From an uncultured delta proteobacterium (GTDB lineage Bacteria > Desulfobacterota > BSN033 > UBA1163): a stretch of 64,000 bases of DNA. This document shows positions 19,473 to 29,254 of the stretch, in pieces (the first letter of the stretch is position 1; every line of letters begins with the position of its first letter). Made by a program: the position numbers and the translations under genes. The notes beneath the pieces were generated by a model. The model did not search any database. It saw nothing but the letters and a program-made list of their open reading frames with translations, and was not told where the DNA came from. The stretch is taken from positions 192,001 to 256,000 of the forward strand of contig CAWHBU010000004.1 in the NCBI GenBank assembly GCA_963827685.1, read 5' to 3'.

Positions 19473-20306
19473 ATGCCTAAGATCTCCGTTATCATTCCCA
19501 CCTATAATCGCCTCCCTATGCTGAAAGAGGCGGTGGATTCAGTCCTGGCTCAAGATTTTGAAGATATGGAACTTATCGTTATCGATGACGGTTCCACCGA
19601 CGGAACGGCAGAGGAGATGAAGTCCTGCGGGGGGAGGGTTAAGATCTTCCAACATACTGAGAACAGAGGTGTGAGCGCTGCCAGAAACAGAGGGATTCTT
19701 CATGCCCGAGGCAAATATATCGCCTTTTTGGATTCGGATGATCTTTGGGTGAAGGGGAAAGCGAAGATTCAAGTGGCTTTCCTGGATGACAACCCTCATT
19801 ATCCCCTTTGCTACACTGATGAGATCTGGATTCGCAAAGGGAAGAGGGTCAACCCAATGCTCAAGCATGCTAAATATTCTGGTTGGATATTTGAAAAATG
19901 TCTTCCTCTCTGTATCATCAGCCCCTCCTCGGTGATGATGAAAAGAACACTTTTTTCAAAGGTCGGTCTCTTTGATGAAGCCCTTCCGGTATGTGAGGAT
20001 TATGACTTTTGGCTCAGGGTCTCTGCCCGCTTTCCCATCTTTTTTATCGATCGTAAACTGATTATCAAGCGGGGAGGCCATCCGGACCAACTCTCGCAGA
20101 GATCCTGGGGAAATGATCGCTACCGGGTGATGGCTCTGGAAAAACTGCTATCGGAACCCTATATTGGCTCAGAAGAAAAGAAGATGATTCTTAAAGAAAT
20201 GAAGAAGAAATGCTCTGTCCTTTATAAGGGTTTTCTGAAAAGAGGGAACGGGATTGAGGGAAGACAATATCAGGAGATCATGAAGCGATATGGGGTAGAG
20301 ATATGA
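19473..20306 (+). CDS. glycosyltransferase family 2
   Basis: ISVIIPTYNR, IDDGSTD, AFLDSDD, EDYDFWLR. Confidence 0.93.
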   Translation: MPKISVIIPTYNRLPMLKEAVDSVLAQDFEDMELIVIDDGSTDGTAEEMKSCGGRVKIFQHTENRGVSAARNRGILHARGKYIAFLDSDDLWVKGKAKIQVAFLDDNPHYPLCYTDEIWIRKGKRVNPMLKHAKYSGWIFEKCLPLCIISPSSVMMKRTLFSKVGLFDEALPVCEDYDFWLRVSARFPIFFIDRKLIIKRGGHPDQLSQRSWGNDRYRVMALEKLLSEPYIGSEEKKMILKEMKKKCSVLYKGFLKRGNGIEGRQYQEIMKRYGVEI

Positions 20307-20455
20307 AATACCCAAACTCCAAATATCAATTACCAAATAATAACCAAATTCTTAATGACCAAAATTCAAAATAGAATTAGCCGATTTACGTTTGGGTATT
20401 TGGGCATTGGTAATTGGAAATTATTTGGGATTTGGTGATTGGGATTTGGAATTTC
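20305..20455. repeat. palindromic element built from ~7-nt units
   Basis: Left arm of ACCAAAT-like units, right arm of ATTTGG(G/T)-like units; can form a long imperfect hairpin. Confidence 0.7.
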
Positions 20456-20496
20456 AAGAACGGGGTTGAAAAACCATTCGTTATGGGACGATTGAA

Positions 20497-21462
20497 ATGA
20501 AAACAATCCAAAAGATACCTCTTCAACAAATTGACTTATCGGATGATACTTTTTTCGTAAACTATTTGCCCGATCTTCAAAGACTTCGGTCTTCGATTGA
20601 AGAAATAGGATTAATTCAGCCTGTGCTTTTGAAGAAGAAGTTGAGTGGATACCAGATTGTCTGCGGATTCAGAAGAATTTCTGTGATGAAAGAATTAGGA
20701 AAGTCCGAAATTGAATCGCAAGTCTTTGAAGAGAAAGAGATGGATGAATTCCAATTGTTTTCTCTTTCACTCTATGAGAATTTAGCGACCCGGGGATTCA
20801 ATGCGGTTGAAAAAGCCATGGCCCTGGATAAGTTGATTCATTGCTTTCAAATGGATCCGGACGTGGTCATCAAAACCTTCCTTCCCAGCTTCTCCCTGGA
20901 GCCCAACGAAAAGATTCTAAACACCTACCTCGCTCTTGCTCAAATGGAGGATGAAATCAAAACGTATGTGCTCAAAGAGGAGGTTTCCCGTTCGAACATA
21001 CGAAGACTCTCAGCTCTGACCTCTGGCGATCGGATGGCCGTCCTTTCCCTTATCGCTCCGCTCAAATTGGGCGAGAACCGGTTGAGAGAGCTGCTCACCC
21101 TTTTGGAAGAAATCTCCAAGAGAAATCGATCGACAGTCAAAGAGATTGCCGGGCACCCTGAAATTCAGGCTATCCTTTCTCAAAAAGAACTTACCCCATC
21201 TCAGAAAGCGGAGCGCGCAAAGAAGGTTCTCACGGACCTCCGTTACCCAAAGTTGAAACAAATGGAGAAAGAGTTTGGAAAGAAAAGGAAAGACTTAAAT
21301 TTACCTTCCAATATTTCGCTTCACCATCCCCCCTTTTTTGAAGGAAAGGGATTGAAGATCGAATTTCAATTTGAAACGATAGAAGAGTATCGTTCGGTCG
21401 TTTCATCGTTATCTCAGCTCGCGGATACGGAAGAATTTAAGGAATTAATTCAAAGTTTGTGA
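20497..21462 (+). CDS. ParB N-terminal domain-containing protein
   Basis: LRSSIEEIGLIQPVLL, YQIVCGFRR, ENLATRGFNAVEKA. Confidence 0.85.
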   Translation: MKTIQKIPLQQIDLSDDTFFVNYLPDLQRLRSSIEEIGLIQPVLLKKKLSGYQIVCGFRRISVMKELGKSEIESQVFEEKEMDEFQLFSLSLYENLATRGFNAVEKAMALDKLIHCFQMDPDVVIKTFLPSFSLEPNEKILNTYLALAQMEDEIKTYVLKEEVSRSNIRRLSALTSGDRMAVLSLIAPLKLGENRLRELLTLLEEISKRNRSTVKEIAGHPEIQAILSQKELTPSQKAERAKKVLTDLRYPKLKQMEKEFGKKRKDLNLPSNISLHHPPFFEGKGLKIEFQFETIEEYRSVVSSLSQLADTEEFKELIQSL

Positions 21463-21465
21463 TAG

Positions 21466-21686
21466 GCACCAAATCCCAAGCCCTGTACCTAATATGGTGC
21501 AGGGCAAGCACCAAATACCAGATAAGCTCCAATGATCCAAATTCAAGATTCCAAACCCCCTCACCCTTCCCCTCTCCCCCAAGGGGAGCGGGAGGGCCTG
21601 CCTGCCGGTAGGCAGGGGTGAGGGGCGGTCATTGGAAATTGGCATTTGGAATTTATTGGGATTTGTAATTTGGAATCTGGGATTTA
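21466..21686. repeat. nested miniature palindromic repeats
   Basis: A heptamer-unit hairpin contains CCCTGTACCTAATATGGTGCAGGG (flanked by CAAG) and a CCCCTCACCC...GGGTGAGGGG element, which itself contains CCTGCCTGCCGGTAGGCAGG (21597-21616). Confidence 0.8.
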
Positions 21687-21689
21687 AAA

Positions 21690-22799
21690 TTGCTGCCCTT
21701 TCCGATTGAACGAATCTATCTCGATGAAAAGGCTGAAAAGGATCCGGTTTCGGAAACCATTCTTAAAGCCCTACCCCGTATTCCCGTGGAAACAGTCCAG
21801 GACAAGCGTTCTCTCATCAAACATTTTTCTTCTATGCACGATCCCATTGGGATCGGGAAAAGACATTTCTTAATTACCCATTCTTACGGAAGGCGTTTAA
21901 AACCTTGTCCGGGGACTTCCAACCATATCTGCTGCGGGTACTATGTGATCAACGCCATCACCAATTGTCCGATGGATTGCTCCTACTGCGTCCTTCAAGG
22001 ATACCTGAATAATCCATTTCTCACCTTCTATACCAACTGGGATGACCTTCTTCAAGAGATAGACGCCTTTCTCTCCAATGGTCGTCAATTCCTCTTTCGG
22101 CTGGGAACCGGGGAGCTCTCTGACAGCTTAGCTCTGGAATCTATCTTTCCATTCTCGCAGTTCCTCATTCCATTTTTTGCGGAGAGGCATAATGGCATTC
22201 TGGAACTGAAGACGAAGTCAGCGAATGTCAATCCTCTTCTTCAGTTAAACCATCGAGGAAAAACTGTTATCTCCTGGTCGCTCAATCCTCCCAAAATGAT
22301 CGAAAGGGAGGAGATGAGGACTGCTCCATTGGAGGAGAGGATCAGTGCAGCAAGGAGATGTGAGGAAAAGGATTATCCATTGGGATTCCATTTTGATCCT
22401 ATCATTTACCATGAAGGCTGGGAGAAAGAATATAAGGAGACCGTCCATCAACTTTTCAAACAGATTGATCCCAAAAGGGTCGTCTGGGTCAGTCTCGGAG
22501 GGTTTCGTTATCCACCCAAACTCAAAGCCATTGCCGAGGAACGTTTTCCAAGAACCGAAGTCTTTTTGGGAGAATTATTTCCAGGAAGAGATGGCAAGTT
22601 CCGCTATTTGAAAGAAATTCGTGTGGAGATGTATCGAAAAATAGCAGGATGGTTGAGAGAGGTGGACCCGGATCTTTTTATCTATCTTTGTATGGAAAGC
22701 AAGGAGGTCTGGGAAAAGGTTTTTGGCTGGACACCTTCGAGCAGTCGCCATTTGAATCAAATGTTTGAAGAAAGAGTGAGAGAATTTATAAAGCCTTGA
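21690..22799 (+). CDS. spore photoproduct lyase-like radical SAM protein
   Basis: CPMDCSYC (CxxxCxxC), RLGTGELSDSL, ELKTKS, FHFDP, YLCME. Confidence 0.88.
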   Translation: MLPFPIERIYLDEKAEKDPVSETILKALPRIPVETVQDKRSLIKHFSSMHDPIGIGKRHFLITHSYGRRLKPCPGTSNHICCGYYVINAITNCPMDCSYCVLQGYLNNPFLTFYTNWDDLLQEIDAFLSNGRQFLFRLGTGELSDSLALESIFPFSQFLIPFFAERHNGILELKTKSANVNPLLQLNHRGKTVISWSLNPPKMIEREEMRTAPLEERISAARRCEEKDYPLGFHFDPIIYHEGWEKEYKETVHQLFKQIDPKRVVWVSLGGFRYPPKLKAIAEERFPRTEVFLGELFPGRDGKFRYLKEIRVEMYRKIAGWLREVDPDLFIYLCMESKEVWEKVFGWTPSSSRHLNQMFEERVREFIKP

Positions 22800-22802
22800 A
22801 AG

Positions 22803-22870
22803 TTGTCATTGCAGAGAGCAGAGGCAACGAAACAATCTCGTAAGATTACTTCGCTTCGTTCGTATGACAA
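22803..22870. repeat. REP/RPE-like miniature inverted repeat
   Basis: TTGTCAT...ATGACAA termini with an internal GAA.CAATCT/AGATT.CTTC stem. Confidence 0.6.
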
Positions 22871-22924
22871 TCTGTGGAATGTTAGCTTGTTTAGGATGTT
22901 CACTCTTAATAAGGAGGCGTGGGA

Positions 22925-23098
22925 ATGAGATTAAAGGGGAGAATAGCTCTGATCACCGGTTCTACCCGATTTTTGTCCTCTCAGGAGTGCAGTTACATCA
23001 ATGGGACGGCCATCGTTGCGGATGGAGGGTTGACGGGTTATCACCCAGTTGGATTCCCTGACTTGATTGCCGAGATGATGAAGAAAAAAGGGAGTTGA
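22925..23098 (+). pseudogene. SDR oxidoreductase with a large internal deletion
   Basis: AAGGAGG RBS and MRLKGRIALITG N-terminus joined almost directly to C-terminal YINGTAIVADGGLTGYHPVGFPDLIAEMMKKKGS*. Confidence 0.7.
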
Positions 23099-23123
23099 CA
23101 ACCGATTGGTTTAAGAATATAAA
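23095..23123 (+). promoter_or_regulatory. sigma70 promoter of the ABC operon with overlapping palindromic operator
   Basis: TTGACA-N17-TATAAA; AACCGATTGGTT near-palindrome at 23100-23111. Confidence 0.6.
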
Positions 23124-23222
23124 GCAGTTAGTCGGCAAAAGGGATTTAGATCATAGAAAGGAGGGATCAAGGAAAAAAGTCTCAAAGATATTTAACTAAA
23201 AATAACGTTGGAGGTGAGATAA

Positions 23223-24452
23223 ATGAGAAGACGAATTGCAACAACGGGTATGACATTATCTATATTTATCTTAACTTTATTACTTGTTCTACAGCCCGCC
23301 AGTGTGAAAGCCCAGCGTACGATCAAGGTTGGGATACTTGATACGTACAGTGGACCACCCGCCGTTTACGGCAATGATGCCCTCAACGGCTTCAAACTCG
23401 CATTAAATGACATTAACAAGAAAGGTGTTCTGGGTAAAAAAATCGAGTTTACCACCCGTGACGACAAGTTTAAGGTGGATATCGGCCTTAGCATGGCCAA
23501 AGAGCTGGTGATGATGGAGAAGGTGGATCTCCTTGTCGGGACGATCAACAGTGCTGTTTCTTTGGCTGTATCGGATTATGTGAAAGGGGAGAAGATACCT
23601 TTCATTGTTTGGATTTCGAAGAGCGAAAGAATCACCGGGGCGAAAGGACATCGCTATGTTTTCTCCACAGCTGAAAATACCTATATGGCCGGAAAAGCTG
23701 GGGGACTCGCCCTCAGCAAAAAACCTTATATCAAATACTGGATTGCTGGGGATGATTATGAGTATGGGCATGCCATCGCTGATGCTGCTTGGCGAAATCT
23801 GAAGGCACTGAAACCCAAAGTAGAGCTGATCGGACAATCGTGGTGGAAGGTAGGGGAGCCTGACCTGATCCCCTACATTACTGCGATAACGTCTGCTAAA
23901 CCTGATGCTGTTATTTTTGCAACGGGCGGGGCAAGTATGACCAATGCACTAAAGGCGATCAAGTCGACTGGCATGTCTGAAAAAATCCCAATTTGGATTC
24001 ATACTGCAACAGACCATGCTGTTCTTAAACCGTTGGGCAAAGAAGCCCCTGAAGGCGTAATGGGCACGATGGACTACCATTTCTATTATCCTGATACAAA
24101 GGCCAACAAAGCTTTCGTCAAGGCTTTCCAGGATGTCTATGGAGGCCCGCCGGGGTTTCCAGCCTTCCATGGTTACATTACAGCCTATTTAATCGCTAAA
24201 GCATTTGCCAAAGCAGGCGCCGTAGATAAAGAGAAATTTATCAATGCCATAGAAGGGATGAAAGTAGATAGCCCGGTAGGCGAGGTAGAGATGCGAGCCT
24301 GTGACCATCAGGCAGTCCTTCCCATGTTTCTGGGTGTCACTAAGAAAGTCCCCCAATATGACTTTCTCATCTCTACGGATATCATAACGTTGTCCGGTAA
24401 AGATATCATGCCAACTTGTGAGGAGATCAAGAAGGTTCGAGGAGGATCATAA
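23223..24452 (+). CDS. ABC transporter substrate-binding protein (LivK/HAAT family)
   Basis: Signal peptide, IKVGILDTYSGP, INKKGVLGKKIEFTTRDD. Confidence 0.9.
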   Translation: MRRRIATTGMTLSIFILTLLLVLQPASVKAQRTIKVGILDTYSGPPAVYGNDALNGFKLALNDINKKGVLGKKIEFTTRDDKFKVDIGLSMAKELVMMEKVDLLVGTINSAVSLAVSDYVKGEKIPFIVWISKSERITGAKGHRYVFSTAENTYMAGKAGGLALSKKPYIKYWIAGDDYEYGHAIADAAWRNLKALKPKVELIGQSWWKVGEPDLIPYITAITSAKPDAVIFATGGASMTNALKAIKSTGMSEKIPIWIHTATDHAVLKPLGKEAPEGVMGTMDYHFYYPDTKANKAFVKAFQDVYGGPPGFPAFHGYITAYLIAKAFAKAGAVDKEKFINAIEGMKVDSPVGEVEMRACDHQAVLPMFLGVTKKVPQYDFLISTDIITLSGKDIMPTCEEIKKVRGGS

Positions 24453-24530
24453 TTTTCAAAATGGAGCAGGGGGCTGTGACTCTTTCCCCTGTTGCCAAAG
24501 CCACACTCATGGAGGAAGGAGGTAGGACAA

Positions 24531-25760
24531 ATGGAACGAATCGCTCATATGAGAAGTTTCGTATTGTTCACGGTCATTTTAGCCTTAATGTTTTTAGTCC
24601 GTCCCATTGATGTCAAAGCCCAGGGCCCTATTAAAATAGGGATTATCGATTCTTATTCCGGACCACCCTCAACCTTTACGTATGATGTCCGTGATGCCTT
24701 TAAGTTGGCTATCGATGAAGTGAATGCGAAGGGGGGTGTTGTTGGAAGGAAAATAGAGTTTACTACAAGAGACGACAAGTTCAAGGTCGATCTCGCTCTA
24801 AGCATGGCTAAAGAACTGGTCATGATGGAGAAGGTAGACCTCCTGATGGGTACGATTAATAGCGCGGCTAGTTTAGCGGTATCTGAATTTTGTAAAACCG
24901 AGAAGATACCCTTCCTCGTCACATTTTCAAAGAGTGAGAAGATCACCGGAGAGAAGGGCCATCGATATGTCTTCGAAGTGTCCGAAAATACAGTGATGAT
25001 CGGTAAGGCTGCAGCCGCCGGCTTAGCTAAGAAACCCTATATCAAATACTGGATCGCTGGTGATGATTATGAGTATGGGCATGCCTGTGCTGATGCTACC
25101 TGGAACACTCTCAAGAAACTAAAGCCAAAGGTAACGCTGATGGGGCAGTCATGGTGGAAGGTAGGAGAGCCGGAGTTGACGCCTTACCTGACTGCCATTT
25201 CGGCAAAGAAGCCCGACGCTGTCATTTTTTCTCCGGGTGGCGCGACGATTACGAATCTCATGAAGGTCTCCAAGACGACTGGATTTGCAGAGAAGTTTCC
25301 AATATGCTTGCACACTGCCACAGAGCATAGTAACCTTGCGCCTCTGGGTCTGGATGCCCCTGAGGGGGTGATTGGCACTTCAAACTATCATTTCTACTAT
25401 CCGGATACTCCGAAGAACAAGGCATTCGTTAAGGCTTTTAAAGATGCTTATGGAAGGGAGCCCAAGGTGGGCGCTCTCTACGGTTATCTCGCTGGGCAGT
25501 TCATTACCAAGGCGCTGGCGAAAGCAGGCAAGATGGATCGGGAGAAGTTTATTGATGCTTTAGAGGGGATGAAGGTAGATAGCCCCATTGGCGAGATAGA
25601 GATGCGAGCCTTCGATCATCAGGCCATGTTGCCAATGTTCATGGGCGTGACCAAGAAGGTGCCGCAATATCCTTTCCTTATTGCGAGTGATATTGTGACG
25701 ATCCCTGCTAAGGATTTGATGCCGAGCATCGAGGAGATCAAGAAGGCTCGGGGGCAGTAG
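24531..25760 (+). CDS. ABC transporter substrate-binding protein (LivK/HAAT family), tandem paralog
   Basis: Shares long identical blocks with 23223-24452, e.g. KKPYIKYWIAGDDYEYGHA and GQSWWKVGEP; AGGAGG RBS. Confidence 0.9.
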   Translation: MERIAHMRSFVLFTVILALMFLVRPIDVKAQGPIKIGIIDSYSGPPSTFTYDVRDAFKLAIDEVNAKGGVVGRKIEFTTRDDKFKVDLALSMAKELVMMEKVDLLMGTINSAASLAVSEFCKTEKIPFLVTFSKSEKITGEKGHRYVFEVSENTVMIGKAAAAGLAKKPYIKYWIAGDDYEYGHACADATWNTLKKLKPKVTLMGQSWWKVGEPELTPYLTAISAKKPDAVIFSPGGATITNLMKVSKTTGFAEKFPICLHTATEHSNLAPLGLDAPEGVIGTSNYHFYYPDTPKNKAFVKAFKDAYGREPKVGALYGYLAGQFITKALAKAGKMDREKFIDALEGMKVDSPIGEIEMRAFDHQAMLPMFMGVTKKVPQYPFLIASDIVTIPAKDLMPSIEEIKKARGQ

Positions 25761-25888
25761 GTCCCACAGCTTTTCACGAGAAATATTAGCCATGGGTCCC
25801 CCATCCCTCCATGGAGAGGGGACCCTGTTTCTTTATGAACAATCTCCTTCGATTTAGAAAGGTGAACCAGAGAGAACCAAGATGACGT

Positions 25889-26764
25889 TTGGCCCAGCAG
25901 AGGCTCTTCTGTCAATTGTTGGTAGGAATTAGCAGATCGATGCTCTTATTCATCGTTTGCGCCGGTTTAAGTTTCGTCCTGGGTGTGCTTCGGATCCCCA
26001 ATATCGCCCATGGGACGCTCTACATGATCGGAGCCTTCGCCACCTTCAGCATCACAAAAATGTTTGCTGGATCTGCTGGTTTTTGGATTGCTTTAATTTT
26101 GGCCCCCTTGTTAGTAGCACTGGTCAGCCTTGTTGCGGAGAGGGCCCTGTTTTGCCATCTCTATCAGAGAGAGCACCTGATGCTGCTCTTATTTACCTTT
26201 GCCATATCACTCATCCTTGGAGATTTAGTCAAGATCGTCTGGGGTGCGGAATATAAGTCCGTTTCGGCGCCTACTTTACTGAAGGGTTCGATTTCCCTGT
26301 TGGGCGCATCCTTCCCGCGCTATAATTTATTTCTCATCCTCGTGGGCCCTCTGGTGGCTATTGCTATTTGGCTCTTTACGAACAAAACGAAGATAGGAAA
26401 GATCTCCCGCGCGGCGGCAGTGGATCGAGAGATGGTGGGATTACTGGGAATCAATGTCAGTTGGGTCTTTGCCATCGCTTTCGTTATTGGGTGTTACCTT
26501 GCCGGAGTAGGAGGAGCATTGGTTGCCCCTACGGTAAGTATTACCTTAGGGATGGATCACACTCTTATTATCGAAGCCTTTCTTATTGTGATTATCGGAG
26601 GATTGGGTAACATGTGGGGCGCCCTGGTGGGGTCCCTTATCTTTGGTATCACTCATTCTTTTGGTGTATTGTTCTGGCCCCAGTTTGCTATCGTTTTTCC
26701 CTATATTGCGGTCGTGATTGTTTTGCTTTTGCGACCCAAGGGTCTGCTTAAATCGGTCTGGTAA
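25889..26764 (+). CDS. livH: branched-chain amino acid type ABC permease
   Basis: GLSFVLGVLRIPNIAHG, IIGGLG, LRPKGL; start uncertain. Confidence 0.88.
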   Translation: MAQQRLFCQLLVGISRSMLLFIVCAGLSFVLGVLRIPNIAHGTLYMIGAFATFSITKMFAGSAGFWIALILAPLLVALVSLVAERALFCHLYQREHLMLLLFTFAISLILGDLVKIVWGAEYKSVSAPTLLKGSISLLGASFPRYNLFLILVGPLVAIAIWLFTNKTKIGKISRAAAVDREMVGLLGINVSWVFAIAFVIGCYLAGVGGALVAPTVSITLGMDHTLIIEAFLIVIIGGLGNMWGALVGSLIFGITHSFGVLFWPQFAIVFPYIAVVIVLLLRPKGLLKSVW

Positions 26765-26781
26765 GCGAGGAGAGAGAGGGT

Positions 26782-27741
26782 TTGTTTAAAAACATTGTTC
26801 ACTTAAAAAGGTTTTGGCTTGTCGCCGCTATTTTTGTCGTTCTTTTCATTTTGCCGCAGTTCGCGCCTAGGTTTTACGTTTACATCCTTGCCCTGATTTA
26901 TGTAACCGCCTTATTGGCCATGAGTCTCAATATGGTGGTGGGATATGGGGGCATGTTCCAGTTTCATCATGCTGTGTTTTATGGGGTGGGAGCATACGCG
27001 GTCGCCTTGATGCTCACGAAAACCTCCATGCCCATGTGGATTGGTTTTATTGTAGGTCCCGCTGTGGCAGCGGTCACCGGGTTGATCATCGGCTGGTTTT
27101 GTGTGAGACTGACCAGGCTTTACTTTGGCATGCTTCAGATTTCTTTGGGTTCGTTGATTTGGGCAATTGTTTTTCGTTGGTATAGCTTTACTGGGGGAGA
27201 CGATGGCATCCATGGCATCCCTATGCCCTCGCTTATTTCCTCTTTGAACAGTTCTTATTACTTTATCCTGATCATCCTCGTGGTCTGTCTTTTTTTGATG
27301 TACATGATTCTAAAATCCCCATTTGGGAGCACCCTCCAAGCGATTCGGGATAATCCGCAGCGATGTGAAGCCGTGGGCATCAATGTCAGCCACTATCAAC
27401 TCGGTGGAATTGTTATTGCTACGTTCTTTGCTGGAGTCGCTGGAGTTCTTTTTGTGGTGTTGGAGCGTTCTGTTTTTGCTGATCTATTGTTTTGGACTTT
27501 ATCCCTTGAGATATTCATCATGTGCCTTTTGGGGGGATGGTTTACCTTTGCCGGGCCCATCTTGGGAGCAGCCATTACCGTCGCTCTGCGGACTTTTGTT
27601 GGAAAATATACTGAGTACTGGACATTGATTCTGGGGGTTCTACTCATCCTGGTGATTTTCTTTTTACCAGAGGGAGTCACAGGCTATTTCCAAAAATTAT
27701 TGAAGCCCCGGGTTAAAGAAGTGAAGGAGGGGAATCCATAG
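26782..27741 (+). CDS. livM: branched-chain amino acid type ABC permease
   Basis: SLNMVVGYGG, TGGDDG, SPFG..LQAIRDN, FLPEG. Confidence 0.88.
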   Translation: MFKNIVHLKRFWLVAAIFVVLFILPQFAPRFYVYILALIYVTALLAMSLNMVVGYGGMFQFHHAVFYGVGAYAVALMLTKTSMPMWIGFIVGPAVAAVTGLIIGWFCVRLTRLYFGMLQISLGSLIWAIVFRWYSFTGGDDGIHGIPMPSLISSLNSSYYFILIILVVCLFLMYMILKSPFGSTLQAIRDNPQRCEAVGINVSHYQLGGIVIATFFAGVAGVLFVVLERSVFADLLFWTLSLEIFIMCLLGGWFTFAGPILGAAITVALRTFVGKYTEYWTLILGVLLILVIFFLPEGVTGYFQKLLKPRVKEVKEGNP

Positions 27742-28476
27742 ATGCTTCAGGTGGAAGGCGTCATTAAATCATTTGATGAGTTCATGGCGGTCAATGGAGC
27801 TAACCTCACTGTTAAGAAGGGAGAGATTGTGGCCGTCATCGGTCCCAACGGCGCTGGCAAAACCACTTTATTTCACTTAATCACTGGTGCGCTGAAACGG
27901 GATAGAGGAAGAATTGTTTTTAAAGGTGAAGAGATCGGTGAATTACCCCCTTACGACATCTGCAAGAAAGGAATTAGCCGGTCGTACCAGATTGTGAACA
28001 TCTTTCCCAGGCTGACTGTCTTCGAGAATGTCCAGGTCGCTGTCCTTTCCTATCAGAGAAGGAGTTCCAATCTTTTCCGACCTGCCCAGAGCGTCGCTGT
28101 CAAGGAGACAAGAAGTATTTTGGAAAGTATGGGCCTGTCCGGTAAAGAAAAAAGTATTACGGGGTCACTCTCCCATGGTGACCAGAAAATACTGGAAATC
28201 GCTATTGCCTTAGGGAATGAGCCCGAATTGCTGATTCTGGATGAACCAACCGCTGGTATGTCTCCTGAGGAAACGCAGGCGACGATAGAACTGATAAAAA
28301 AGCTGGCACAGATGCGGGGATTAACCATTTTATTCTGCGAGCATGACATGGATATCGTGTTCTCCATTGCACAAAGTATCATGGTGATGCGTCACGGGCA
28401 AACGATCATTCAGGGTGGTTTGGAAGAAGTGAGAAGCAACAAAGAGGTGCAGGAAGCATACCTCGGAGGTGAGTGA
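27742..28476 (+). CDS. livG: ABC transporter ATP-binding protein
   Basis: GPNGAGKT, LSHGDQK, LDEPTAG, EAYLG. Confidence 0.9.
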   Translation: MLQVEGVIKSFDEFMAVNGANLTVKKGEIVAVIGPNGAGKTTLFHLITGALKRDRGRIVFKGEEIGELPPYDICKKGISRSYQIVNIFPRLTVFENVQVAVLSYQRRSSNLFRPAQSVAVKETRSILESMGLSGKEKSITGSLSHGDQKILEIAIALGNEPELLILDEPTAGMSPEETQATIELIKKLAQMRGLTILFCEHDMDIVFSIAQSIMVMRHGQTIIQGGLEEVRSNKEVQEAYLGGE

Positions 28477-29174
28477 TGCTTGAGGTGGGCGGAATCCACA
28501 CCTTCTATGGTTTGAGCCATATTCTATTCGGCGTCTCTTTTAAAGTTGACCCAGGAGAGGTGGTCTGTCTTTTGGGACGAAACGGAGCAGGAAAAACGAC
28601 CACCATGAAAAGCATCATTGGCATCATCCCACCGAAGCAAGGGAGCATCCGGTTTAAAGGAGAGGAGATTATCGGCATTGAGCCCTATTTGCTCACACGA
28701 AAGGGTATCGGATATATCCCTGATGACAGAAGGATCTTTGCCGACCTCACGGTGGGAGAAAACTTAGAGATAGCTGAGAGAAAAGCGAAGGAAGGCGAGG
28801 GATGGAGCAGGGAAAAAATTTACGGGATGTTCCCTGCCCTGAAAAATATCGAGTCCCGCAGAGGAGGTTGCCTGAGCGGAGGGGAGCAAAAGATGTTAGC
28901 CATTGCTCGGGCATTAATGGGGAATCCAGAGTTCCTACTCCTTGACGAACCCTTCGAAGGACTGGCACCCTTACTGGTCCATGCTCTCGAAGAGCAGATC
29001 AGCAAGCTAAGGGAGGCTGGGTTGACCGTCTTAATTGCTGAACAGAATGTGAGATCAACCCTGAGAATAAGCGACCGGGGTTATATCATTGATAATGGAC
29101 AAATCCGTTATCATGGAAGTATAGAGGAACTGAGAGATAGTGAGGAAGTGAGGAAAAAATATTTACTGGTGTAG
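28473..29174 (+). CDS. livF: ABC transporter ATP-binding protein
   Basis: GRNGAGKT, LSGGEQKM, LDEPFEGLAP. Confidence 0.9.
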   Translation: MMLEVGGIHTFYGLSHILFGVSFKVDPGEVVCLLGRNGAGKTTTMKSIIGIIPPKQGSIRFKGEEIIGIEPYLLTRKGIGYIPDDRRIFADLTVGENLEIAERKAKEGEGWSREKIYGMFPALKNIESRRGGCLSGGEQKMLAIARALMGNPEFLLLDEPFEGLAPLLVHALEEQISKLREAGLTVLIAEQNVRSTLRISDRGYIIDNGQIRYHGSIEELRDSEEVRKKYLLV

Positions 29175-29254
29175 CCCTGGGTGGAATTAAAGTTCCGGCT
29201 CCAAAGTCCCCTGCCTGTGGCAGGCAGGAAACTCCGGCTATTTGTTTCACTATT

